Part shown: piece by piece, positions 1-7,593 of the stretch | How the letters are laid out: each line of letters starts with the position of its first letter | How positions within the stretch are numbered: the first letter of the stretch is position 1 | Source: Candidatus Buchananbacteria bacterium | GTDB taxonomy: Bacteria > Patescibacteriota > Patescibacteriia > Buchananbacterales > UBA6539 | DNA: 62,982 nucleotides | Direction of reading: 5' to 3' | Assembly: GCA_041663485.1 (NCBI GenBank) | Contig: JBAYMO010000002.1 | Coordinates: forward strand, 1 to 62,982 | Notes under the pieces: model-generated | What the model saw: only the letters and a program-made list of their open reading frames with translations | What the model was told of the DNA's origin: nothing | The model's database searches: none | Translations under genes and position numbers: made by a program

Positions 1-1
1 A

Positions 2-757
2 ACTGAGTTGGCCAAAGCGGTAGCCGAGGTTTATTTTGGGGCAGAAAAAAATATGATACGCCTAGACATGTCCGAATATCAAGACAAGTCAAGTCTCAGC
101 CGTTTAATTGGCGCGCCGCCAGGATTTGCCGATAGTCAAGCCGGCGGGTTTTTAACCGAAGCAGTGAGAAAAAATCCATTTTCTCTGATTCTTCTGGATG
201 AAATCGAAAAAGCCCATCCCGACATTTTAAATATTTTTCTGCAAATATTCGATGATGGCCGATTGACTGATTCGACCGGTCGTACGATCGATTTTACCAA
301 TACCATTATTATTGCCACCTCCAATGCCGGTTCAATTATGATTCAAGAGTTAGTGCAGAATAATGTCGCTTTAGAAGAAGTGAAACAGCAATTGATTGAT
401 AAAGAACTGAATAATTATTTCCGACCGGAATTTCTAAATCGTTTTGATGGCATAATCGTTTTTAAACCTTTAACCATCGTCGAAGTAAAACAAATTGCCA
501 TATTATTGTTAAATAAAATAAAAAGTAATATGGCCCAAAAGGGGATTGATTTAATTTGGACCGATGTGGGTTTGGCGTATATCGCCCAAGCCGGATTTGA
601 TCCAAAATTTGGCGCCCGACCCCTTAAAAGAGTGATTCAAGAGATCATCCAGGATCAACTGGCTAATCTTTTAATTAGCAACAAAATCTCACGCCGAGAC
701 CAACTGGTAATTGACGATTTCGGTAAAATAATAATTAATAAAGCCGAACAAATTTAA
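2..757 (+). CDS. Clp/Hsp100-family AAA+ ATPase, C-terminal D2 module (5' end outside window)
   Basis: Frame is open to the window edge. [76 protein letters not shown] aligns by eye with the D2 part of the full-length ClpB at 31345-33960. Confidence 0.9.
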   Translation, partial: TELAKAVAEVYFGAEKNMIRLDMSEYQDKSSLSRLIGAPPGFADSQAGGFLTEAVRKNPFSLILLDEIEKAHPDILNIFLQIFDDGRLTDSTGRTIDFTNTIIIATSNAGSIMIQELVQNNVALEEVKQQLIDKELNNYFRPEFLNRFDGIIVFKPLTIVEVKQIAILLLNKIKSNMAQKGIDLIWTDVGLAYIAQAGFDPKFGARPLKRVIQEIIQDQLANLLISNKISRRDQLVIDDFGKIIINKAEQI

Positions 758-761
758 GCAA

Positions 762-1805
762 ATGATGTATTTTTTTTCCTTAATCATATCGTTTCTTTTG
801 GCAGCACTGTTTACCCCTCTGGTGAAAAAGCTTGCCCTAAAACTAAATATTACCGACCAACCCGGCCCCAGGAAAATCCACCATCAACCCGTGGCTTTAC
901 TGGGGGGCTTGGCTATTTATTTAGCTTTTACCAGCTGCTTACTAATTTTTTTAGCGCTTGGCTATATTATTGATGTCAAAATCAGCGGCCTGCAAGTTTT
1001 AGGCATAGTTACCGCTGTTAGCATTTTAATTATTGGCGGCATATTAGATGATATCTATAACCTCAAGCCGGCCCAGCAAATAATTTTTCCTCTACTGGCC
1101 GTATCAATTACTGTTTTATTTGGCGTTAAAATCCAGTTTGTTACCAATCCGTTCGGCGGTTATTTAAATTTTCCATTATATACCGGCGTGATTTTTGCTT
1201 TCTTCTGGCTCCTGGGCATGATTTATACCACTAAATTTCTCGACGGCCTTGATGGATTGGTTTCCGGGGTAACTTCTATCGGCTCAATTATTATTTTTAT
1301 TGTCAGCCTGAGTTGGGATGTTGCCAATTCCGGCACATCATATCTGGCTTTAATCTTAGCCGGCTCTTGCCTAGGTTTTTTAATATTTAACTGGCATCCA
1401 GCAAAAATATTTTTAGGCGAAGGTGGCAGCGTTTTTTGCGGTTACATGCTTGGAGTTTTATCAATTATTTCCGGATCAAAAATTGCCACCGCTTTGCTGA
1501 TTATGGGCATCCCAATTTTAGATGTCGCCTGGGTAATCATCCGAAGATTAATACAGGGTAAATCACCGATCGGAGCTGATCGCAAACATTTACATTTTCG
1601 TTTATTAGATATTGGCCTAAGCCACCGGCAAGCTGTACTATTTTTGTATTCAGCCACGGCCGCCTTTGGTTTAACTTCGCTATTCTTGCATAGCCGGGGA
1701 AAATTGATCGCCTTATTTCTTCTTTTGCTATTCATGGTGGTGCTGGCAGCTGGACTGTTTTATATTTATCAGAAAAAACAAACTCATGGACATAAAAAAA
1801 TTTAG
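762..1805 (+). CDS. Polyprenyl-phosphate HexNAc-1-phosphate transferase, glycosyltransferase family 4 (MraY/WecA type)
   Basis: Polytopic membrane protein. LDDIYNLKP and KFLDGLDGL motifs are typical of GT4 phosphosugar transferases. I cannot separate MraY from WecA by eye. Confidence 0.8.
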   Translation: MMYFFSLIISFLLAALFTPLVKKLALKLNITDQPGPRKIHHQPVALLGGLAIYLAFTSCLLIFLALGYIIDVKISGLQVLGIVTAVSILIIGGILDDIYNLKPAQQIIFPLLAVSITVLFGVKIQFVTNPFGGYLNFPLYTGVIFAFFWLLGMIYTTKFLDGLDGLVSGVTSIGSIIIFIVSLSWDVANSGTSYLALILAGSCLGFLIFNWHPAKIFLGEGGSVFCGYMLGVLSIISGSKIATALLIMGIPILDVAWVIIRRLIQGKSPIGADRKHLHFRLLDIGLSHRQAVLFLYSATAAFGLTSLFLHSRGKLIALFLLLLFMVVLAAGLFYIYQKKQTHGHKKI

Positions 1806-3276
1806 CTTCGGCCGACTAGAAATTATTATATTTATCGCCGGAGCCGTAGTGATGATTTTAGAACTAATTGGTTCAAGAATTTTGGCGCCATATTTGGGGA
1901 CGTCAATTTTTGTTTGGGCTTCCATTATCGGCGTAATTTTAGGCGCCATGACTCTAGGCTATTATTTTGGCGGCAAATTTTCTGAGCATAATCCAACTAT
2001 TAACTTTTTAGCTAAAATTTTATTTTTAAGTGGTACGGCCATTCTAATTGTTGGCCTGATTAAAGAGCCAATTCTCATGTTGTCAGTTTCTCTGGGCATT
2101 AAAACTGGTTCGGTAGTAGCCACTCTAATTTTATTCGCCTTACCCACATTTCTTTTGGGCATGGTTTCTCCCTATGCTATTAGATTAAAAATCATAAACG
2201 TGGAAACCTCAGGGGAGGTGGCCGGAAATTTATACGCCTTGTCAACAGTTGGCAGCATCTTTGGCACATTCTTGGCGGGCTTTTACTTGATTCCAACCTT
2301 TGGCAGTTCACAAATCATTTTTGGTTTAGGTTGTGTTTTAATTTTGACTTCAATTTTTGGTCATCATTATCGCCGGCTAAAAGTTCTTTTACTTTTTATC
2401 ATTATCTTACTTTTTTTTACTATCGATAATACCACAAATGGCAAATATTTATATCAAGGTGATAGTGAGTATAACCACATTAAAGTTGCTGATTTTAAAG
2501 ACTCCGGTCGGCCGATTAGAGTACTTTTTCTTTCCACCTACGCTCATTCAATAGTTTACCGGGACAGTAACGATGTTTATTCGGAATACATGAAATTATA
2601 TCATCTTGATACGTTATTCAATCCCCAAATTAAAAACGCTTTGACCTTGGGCGGCGGGGCATACATCGGTCCAGTGGATTTTATCAAGCGCCACCCTCAA
2701 AGCAAAATTACCGTGGTTGAGATTGATCCGAAAGTAACCGAAGTGGCCAGGATTTTTTTTGGCCTGACTGACAGTGATAACCTTAAAATTATTCACGAAG
2801 ACGGGCGAATCTTTTTAAATAATAATCAAGAAAAATTTGATGTCGTCTATGGTGATGCCTACGCGTCATTTTATTCCATTCCGTTTCAATTGACGACCAA
2901 TGAAGCGATAAAAAAAGTAGCTAGCTCATTATCTGATGACGGTTTTTTTGTTCTAAATCTTATTTCGGGCTTAACTGGAGAAAAATCAAAATTTTTCCAG
3001 GCAGAGCTTAAAACCCTGAAAGAGAATTTTGCCCAAGTTTTAGTTTTTCAGGCCAATCAATCAAAAGATATAAATTACCAAGATCCGCAGAATATCGTAC
3101 TTTTTGCTTTTAAAAAACCGGTGGATTTGGCTAAATTAGCCAATCAGGCCGACTTAGAACAGAAAGGATTATTAAAAAAATATTTAAGCATGGATTTTTT
3201 GGCTGATAATAATATTAAAATTTTAACCGATGAGTTGGCACCAGTAGATAATTACATCTCGAAATTAATAGAATAA
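1786..3276 (+). CDS. Fused polytopic membrane domain / spermidine-synthase-like methyltransferase-fold protein
   Basis: N-terminal ~200 aa are hydrophobic. The C-terminal LTLGGGAY..VVEIDPKV..DVVYGDAY resembles a spermidine-synthase-type Rossmann fold. Overlaps the upstream gene by 20 nt. Confidence 0.7.
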   Translation: MDIKKFSFGRLEIIIFIAGAVVMILELIGSRILAPYLGTSIFVWASIIGVILGAMTLGYYFGGKFSEHNPTINFLAKILFLSGTAILIVGLIKEPILMLSVSLGIKTGSVVATLILFALPTFLLGMVSPYAIRLKIINVETSGEVAGNLYALSTVGSIFGTFLAGFYLIPTFGSSQIIFGLGCVLILTSIFGHHYRRLKVLLLFIIILLFFTIDNTTNGKYLYQGDSEYNHIKVADFKDSGRPIRVLFLSTYAHSIVYRDSNDVYSEYMKLYHLDTLFNPQIKNALTLGGGAYIGPVDFIKRHPQSKITVVEIDPKVTEVARIFFGLTDSDNLKIIHEDGRIFLNNNQEKFDVVYGDAYASFYSIPFQLTTNEAIKKVASSLSDDGFFVLNLISGLTGEKSKFFQAELKTLKENFAQVLVFQANQSKDINYQDPQNIVLFAFKKPVDLAKLANQADLEQKGLLKKYLSMDFLADNNIKILTDELAPVDNYISKLIE

Positions 3277-3347
3277 ACTAGTTATTTTTTCAGGCCAAGC
3301 TGGATTGTACCAAATAAGCAGATTAACTGATTTTTTTAGCTACGCCC

Positions 3348-3376
3348 TTGACTTTTTTGAATTTTATCGCTATTAT
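3348..3376 (+). promoter_or_regulatory. Sigma70-like promoter TTGACT-N17-TATTAT upstream of rplU
   Basis: TTGACT at 3348-3353, 17-nt spacer, TATTAT at 3371-3376; ATG at 3407. Confidence 0.6.
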
Positions 3377-3406
3377 ATATTAGTTATTACTCATAACTAT
3401 TTTTTT

Positions 3407-3712
3407 ATGTCTTTGGCCGTAATAAAAACTGGCGGGAAACAATATTTAGTTAAACCTGGCAGTAAACTAAAAATCGAAAAACTCGAACTAAACGCTGGTG
3501 ATAAGGTGTCTTTTGACACCCTGCTTACAGCCGACGAAGAGGGAGCCAAGATTGAAATTGGCAAACCCACGCTATCGGTTAAGACTGAGGCTAAGGTTTT
3601 GGCGCAAGGCAAAGCCAAAAAGGTATTAGTGGTTAAATATAAAGCCAAAATTCGTTATAAAAAACGAGTAGGTCATCGTCAACCATTCACTCAGGTGGAA
3701 ATTTCTAAATAA
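3407..3712 (+). CDS. rplU: 50S ribosomal protein L21
   Basis: MSLAVIKTGGKQYLVKPG..GHRQPFT is a typical bL21. The internal ATG at 3407 is preferred because the promoter lies inside the track's longer ORF (3305). Confidence 0.9.
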   Translation: MSLAVIKTGGKQYLVKPGSKLKIEKLELNAGDKVSFDTLLTADEEGAKIEIGKPTLSVKTEAKVLAQGKAKKVLVVKYKAKIRYKKRVGHRQPFTQVEISK

Positions 3713-3716
3713 ACAT

Positions 3717-3751
3717 ATAAAAAACAGTCCCGCCAAACGTGACTGTTTTTT
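3717..3751. terminator. Bidirectional intrinsic terminator between rplU and recR
   Basis: A-tract, CAGTC (3725-3729) / GACTG (3741-3745) stem, then T-tract. Confidence 0.6.
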
Positions 3752-3762
3752 ATATAATTAAT

Positions 3763-4365
3763 TTATAATTCACGACGGCCGCGAATCGCGTTAGTCAAAG
3801 TAACCTCGTCGGCATATTCCAAGTCACTGCCAATCGGCAAGCCTTGAGCCAAGCGGGTAATTTTAATATCTGGAAATTGTTTTAGTAATTTGGTCAAATA
3901 TAAAATTGTGGTTTCGCCAGCCATGTCGGTATTGAGCGCCAAGATGATTTCTCTAACTCCGTCTTTTCTGATTCTCTCAACTAATTCTTTAATCTTTAAA
4001 GTTTCCGGCGTTACCCCCTCGAGTGGATCAATGACGCCGCCCAAAATATGATAAGCTCCGAGATACTCATTGGTTTTTTCCAAAGCAAAAAGATCTTGGG
4101 GCTTTTCAATAACGCAAATCAATTTTTGATTGCGTCTTTTATCTGAACAAATCAAGCAAGGATTTGATTCGGAAAAATTGTAACATTTTTGACAAAGAGT
4201 AATTTTATCTTTTATCTGCTCCAGAGCCAGACCAAACCGAGCTAAATCACTCTTAGGCTGCTTAAGTAAATAAAAAACCAGGCGCTCAGCCGTCTTGGGA
4301 CCAATCCCAGGCAAAGCGGCAAATTGATCTATTAAATTCTTGATTGAGGGTGGATATGGAGGCAT
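3763..4365 (-). CDS. recR: Recombination protein RecR
   Basis: HhH LPGIGPKTAERL, C4 zinc finger CQKCYNFSESNPCLIC, and a Toprim-like C-terminal part. Confidence 0.93.
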   Translation of the reverse strand: MPPYPPSIKNLIDQFAALPGIGPKTAERLVFYLLKQPKSDLARFGLALEQIKDKITLCQKCYNFSESNPCLICSDKRRNQKLICVIEKPQDLFALEKTNEYLGAYHILGGVIDPLEGVTPETLKIKELVERIRKDGVREIILALNTDMAGETTILYLTKLLKQFPDIKITRLAQGLPIGSDLEYADEVTLTNAIRGRREL

Positions 4366-4368
4366 GGC

Positions 4369-5751
4369 TTAAAAGGGGATACTATCATTATTATCAGAAG
4401 CCTTAGAATCAAGATTTTTAAAAGTAACATTTTTTTCATCAAAAAATAATTTAATCTTCCCGGTCGGACCATTACGATGTTTGGCGATATGAATTTCAGC
4501 CACATGGGCTTTTTCCGCCGGCAGATCTTGATGATACATTGACTCACGATAAATGAATAAAACCACGTCCGCGTCCTGCTCAATAGAACCAGATTCGCGC
4601 AAATCAGCCAAGCGGGGAATATGAGTATCCCGTGATTCAACGGAACGGGAAAGCTGCGATAAAGCTAAAACCGGCACATTCAATTCACGGGCAATAGCTT
4701 TAAGGTTACGAGAAATTTCGGAAACTTCCTGAACACGATTCTCTTTACTCCGGCCTTCCATTAACTGCAAATAATCAATCACAATCAAACCCAGGCCGTG
4801 TTCGGACTGCAAGCGCCGTGCCTTAGTTCTGATTTCCATAATATTGGCATTAGCCGAATCATCAATAAAAATTTTAGCTTCGGACAGCATGCCCATGGCG
4901 TGGTTGATGCGGGAAAAATCGTCATCATCGCCCTGATCGGACAACCGGCCGGTTCTCATTTTCCACAAGTCCACCCCAGCCTCCGAGCACAATAAACGAT
5001 CAACTAACTGTTCCTTGGACATTTCCAAAGAAAATATGCCCACCGTCTCTTTGCCTTTTATAGCAACATTTCTGGCAATATCCAAAGCTAAGGTAGTTTT
5101 ACCAGCCGAGGGTCTAGCGGCCAGAATGATCAAATCTGACTTTTGTAACCCCGCCAAAGTGTTATCCAAATCGGAATAATAAGTCGGCACGCCGCGTAAT
5201 TTTCCCGCGCCACGATGAAGTTCGTCAATTCTGTCAAAAGCCTCGGTCAGAACGTCATTAATAGAAATAAACGTACGTTTTAAAAATTTCTGCGAGACCC
5301 CAAATAATTTTTGTTCCGCCTGATCAAGTAAGGTTTCAATATCTTCAGTTTGAACGAAACCCAATTCAGTAATTTCCGAGGAAGCCTTAAGCAATCTTCT
5401 TAAAGTTGATTTGCTTTGAACCACTTTGGCATAATGAACCACGTGGCTGGAAGTTGGCACCATGTTGGCCAAACTAGATAGATAGGCTCGCCCGCCAACT
5501 ATTTCCATTTTGCCCTGCTCTTCCAATTTAGCGCTTAAAGAAATCAAGTCTATTGGCTCACGTTTTTCGTAAAGACTTCTCATGGCTTCAAAAATGAATC
5601 GATGAGAATCCTTATAAAAATCTTCCGGCGAAATAACGTCGGCTATCTTGATGATTGAATCTTTGTCGATCAATAAAGCTCCCAGAAGCGATTGTTCCAT
5701 TTCCACATTTTGTGGCGGAATTTTTTCAAAATTGTCGGATTGATGTTCCAT
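4369..5751 (-). CDS. dnaB: Replicative DNA helicase DnaB
   Basis: PPQNVEMEQSLLGALL N-terminal domain; Walker A ARPSAGKTTLALDIA; SLEMS, IVIDYLQLM and ALSQLSR motifs. ATG at 5751 (MEHQSD..) preferred over the track start at 5793. Confidence 0.93.
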   Translation of the reverse strand: MEHQSDNFEKIPPQNVEMEQSLLGALLIDKDSIIKIADVISPEDFYKDSHRFIFEAMRSLYEKREPIDLISLSAKLEEQGKMEIVGGRAYLSSLANMVPTSSHVVHYAKVVQSKSTLRRLLKASSEITELGFVQTEDIETLLDQAEQKLFGVSQKFLKRTFISINDVLTEAFDRIDELHRGAGKLRGVPTYYSDLDNTLAGLQKSDLIILAARPSAGKTTLALDIARNVAIKGKETVGIFSLEMSKEQLVDRLLCSEAGVDLWKMRTGRLSDQGDDDDFSRINHAMGMLSEAKIFIDDSANANIMEIRTKARRLQSEHGLGLIVIDYLQLMEGRSKENRVQEVSEISRNLKAIARELNVPVLALSQLSRSVESRDTHIPRLADLRESGSIEQDADVVLFIYRESMYHQDLPAEKAHVAEIHIAKHRNGPTGKIKLFFDEKNVTFKNLDSKASDNNDSIPF

Positions 5752-5883
5752 AAATTTGCTTTTTCTGCCCCTTAATCTTACACTATTTATCAAGCATTGA
5801 TCAAGCTCGGATTTTAAACAGATTATCCACCTATTTTACATATGCCGACAAAGGCGCTAGACTAAAAATAGGAGGGCAAACCA

Positions 5884-6111
5884 ATGGCAACGACTGAATT
5901 AATTGCGGCTTTGATTGGGATTTTTGCGTTTTTTGGATTGGTTGCATACATCCAGCATCAAGTACGCATTGGCCGACTGCACAAAGCGCTTAACTCAAAA
6001 AATGTGCACGATTTATTTGAAATCGCTTGCGGCCAGACCAAATCGCCTAAATTAGCAGCCATTGTCGCGGAAAGGATCCTTAGACAAAAATTATCACGGC
6101 CAGACTGTTAA
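5884..6111 (+). CDS. Hypothetical small membrane-anchored protein (75 aa)
   Basis: One N-terminal TM helix (LIAALIGIFAFFGLVAYI). Strong SD AGGAGGG at 5870-5876, 7 nt before the ATG. Composition is visibly more G+C-rich than neighbours. Confidence 0.55.
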   Translation: MATTELIAALIGIFAFFGLVAYIQHQVRIGRLHKALNSKNVHDLFEIACGQTKSPKLAAIVAERILRQKLSRPDC

Positions 6112-6181
6112 ATTGCGATGGATGATAATTTTAATCCGAGCAAAAGTTCGCAGACTTCTTGCTTGGTTTTTATTTTAAGGC

Positions 6182-6210
6182 TTGCAAAAAATAATATTCT
6201 CTGTTATTAT
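6182..6210 (+). promoter_or_regulatory. Sigma70-like promoter TTGCAA-N17-TATTAT upstream of the tRNA-Lys locus
   Basis: TTGCAA 6182-6187, TATTAT 6205-6210. Confidence 0.55.
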
Positions 6211-6231
6211 AGATTTTGTTATATAAATCGT

Positions 6232-6325
6232 GGGGCGTTAGCTCCCACCCACATCGCCTACGGCGAAGTGAGGTGGGCAGGCAGCTGGTAGATCCGCCGG
6301 CTGGCGGACTTTTAAGCTGATGGTC
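6232..6325 (+). pseudogene. tRNA-Lys-derived fragment A (5' acceptor/D-stem + 38-nt insert + D-loop + hairpin + anticodon loop/variable region, no T-arm)
   Basis: GGGGCGTTAGCTC (identical to the first 13 nt of the intact tRNA), then a 38-nt insert (6245-6282), AGCTGGTAGA, hairpin TCCGCC-GGCT-GGCGGA, and CTTTTAAGCTGATGGTC. Similarity to the tRNA ends at 6325. Confidence 0.7.
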
Positions 6326-6355
6326 ACGATGTTCAAAAAAAATTAATATAACCGT

Positions 6356-6431
6356 GGGGCGTTAGCTCAGCTGGTAGAGCAGCAGCCTTTTAAGCTGATG
6401 GTCGTGGGTTCGATCCCCGCACGCCCCACCA
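6356..6431 (+). tRNA. tRNA-Lys (anticodon UUU), CCA encoded
   Basis: Hand-folded cloverleaf. Acceptor GGGGCGT/ACGCCCC; D arm GCTC-AGCTGGTA-GAGC; anticodon loop CTTTTAA; T arm GTGGG-TTCGATC-CCCGC; A73 followed by CCA. Confidence 0.9.
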
Positions 6432-6437
6432 ATTTTA

Positions 6438-6460
6438 TCCGCCGACTGGCGGACTTTTAA
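6438..6460 (+). terminator. Hairpin TCCGCC-GACT-GGCGGA followed by CTTTTAA, directly after tRNA-Lys
   Basis: 6-bp GC-rich stem with a T-rich tail. The same hairpin + CTTTTAA also occurs at 6293-6315 and 6784-6806. Confidence 0.5.
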
Positions 6461-6474
6461 TTATAGATAAAAAT

Positions 6475-6726
6475 ATGTCTTGTTTTGTTTATGCGATTAA
6501 ATCAGAAAGTACAGGCAAAATTTATATTGGATTTACGGATAATTTAGAATTAAGATTAAAAAGACATAATAATTTGCTACCTCACAAAAAATCGTCGTAT
6601 ACATTTAGAAATAAAGGGCCATGGAAATTAATTTATCAGGAAAAATGCGAAGATAAAAAGACAGCATTGTTGCGAGAAAAACAATTAAAAAGTGCGGGAG
6701 GACGTGAGTTTATTAAAAATTTATGA
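6475..6726 (+). CDS. Stand-alone GIY-YIG nuclease domain protein (83 aa)
   Basis: FVYAIKSESTGKIYIGFTDNLELRLKRHN...REKQLK matches the GIY-(10-11)-YIG...R..H/N...E layout of small GIY-YIG (URI-domain) proteins. No extra DNA-binding domain. Confidence 0.85.
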   Translation: MSCFVYAIKSESTGKIYIGFTDNLELRLKRHNNLLPHKKSSYTFRNKGPWKLIYQEKCEDKKTALLREKQLKSAGGREFIKNL

Positions 6727-6732
6727 TAGTCA

Positions 6733-6844
6733 CTTCCACCCACATCGCCTGCGGCGAAGTGTAGCGGGCAGGCAGCTGGTAGATCCGCCGGCTGGCGGAC
6801 TTTTAAGCTGATGGTCGTGGGTTCGATCCCCGCACGCCCCACCA
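6733..6844 (+). pseudogene. tRNA-Lys-derived fragment C (insert + D-loop + hairpin + complete tRNA 3' half with CCA, no 5' acceptor)
   Basis: 6733-6816 repeats 6242-6325 with about 5 mismatches. 6800-6844 is identical to the anticodon-loop-to-CCA part of the intact tRNA. Confidence 0.7.
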
Positions 6845-6889
6845 AGAGTCCGTCTGTAATTTCAGGCGGTTTTTTGATATAATGAAACC

Positions 6890-7579
6890 ATGAAAAAATT
6901 AAATAATGTAACTTTATTTGGCTTAGATTGCGTTGATATAAATCGCCTTATTAAAGCGGCAGAAATTTGCTGTAAAAATTTTGAATTTGCAAAAATTAAA
7001 TTACTTACGTCCATTCCATCAAAGAACAAAAGTGTTGTAGCTATAAAGCCCGTGGAATCAGCCCGGGCATATTCAGAATTTATTTTAAAACAAATGAATG
7101 ATTATATTGACACTGACTTTGCTCTGATTGTGCAGCATGACGGCTTTATCCTAAATCCTGAGGCTTGGGATGATGAGTACTTAAAATATGATTACGTTGG
7201 CGCACCTTTATGGGTCGAAACTGAGTTGGTGGTTGGCAATGGCGGTTTTAGTTTACGCAGTAAAAAATTAATTGAACTGTTGCAAAATGATAAAAAAATT
7301 TATATTGAACAAAAACCCGACCATAAATATGGTCAGAATGAGGACTGGATAATATCAGTAACTAAACGAAAATATCTGGAAAGCCTGGGCGTCAAATTTG
7401 CTCCGGTTGAGTTAGCTCACAAATTCAGCTTTGAAAAAAACTTAGCCTATGGCGCAAAATGGAATGGACAATTTGGTTTTCATGGACTTACTTGGACTAA
7501 CATTTCTGTTTGGAATAAATTACATCCCGAATACAAAATTGACAATACCTTAACCGAAAAACCAGACGAATTTTTTTAA
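6890..7579 (+). CDS. Hypothetical protein (possibly DUF5672-like)
   Basis: Soluble 229-aa ORF. The NGGFSLRSKKL motif resembles the DUF5672 family as I remember it. TGaTATAAT lies 6 nt upstream of the ATG. Confidence 0.6.
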   Translation: MKKLNNVTLFGLDCVDINRLIKAAEICCKNFEFAKIKLLTSIPSKNKSVVAIKPVESARAYSEFILKQMNDYIDTDFALIVQHDGFILNPEAWDDEYLKYDYVGAPLWVETELVVGNGGFSLRSKKLIELLQNDKKIYIEQKPDHKYGQNEDWIISVTKRKYLESLGVKFAPVELAHKFSFEKNLAYGAKWNGQFGFHGLTWTNISVWNKLHPEYKIDNTLTEKPDEFF

Positions 7580-7593
7580 TTCACATAATTGAT

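Larger units (their letters stand above)
6432..6799 (+). mobile_element. Putative miniature tRNA-Lys-associated element carrying only a GIY-YIG nuclease gene
   Basis: Bounded by an identical 45-nt direct repeat of the tRNA-Lys 3' half (6387-6431 and 6800-6844). Contains the GIY-YIG ORF and the repeated insert/hairpin module. Confidence 0.35.

Noticed and set aside
136-324. Numerous 60-125-aa antisense ORFs inside conserved genes (for example 136-324, 1442-1735, 10086-10500, 33343-33720, 40444-40797)
   Set aside because: They lie fully within well-supported genes on the opposite strand or in another frame, lack start-site signals, and have low-complexity or compositionally odd products.
3305-3406. 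N-terminal extensions in the ORF track for rplU (3305), dnaB (5793), the DUF1858 gene (37316), rpsD (39106), DUF333 protein (49638), flippase (51034), RsuA-like (55665), dac-like (12319) and DUF2207 (42327)
   Set aside because: The extensions overlap promoters, terminators or upstream genes, use TTG/GTG starts, or add non-conserved residues before canonical N-termini. Internal ATGs were chosen instead.
6636-6845. 69-aa minus-strand ORF (..GIEPTT..)
   Set aside because: It is the antisense translation of the tRNA-Lys-derived fragment and the 3' end of the GIY-YIG gene. GIEPT-type peptides are a classic tRNA-gene translation artefact.
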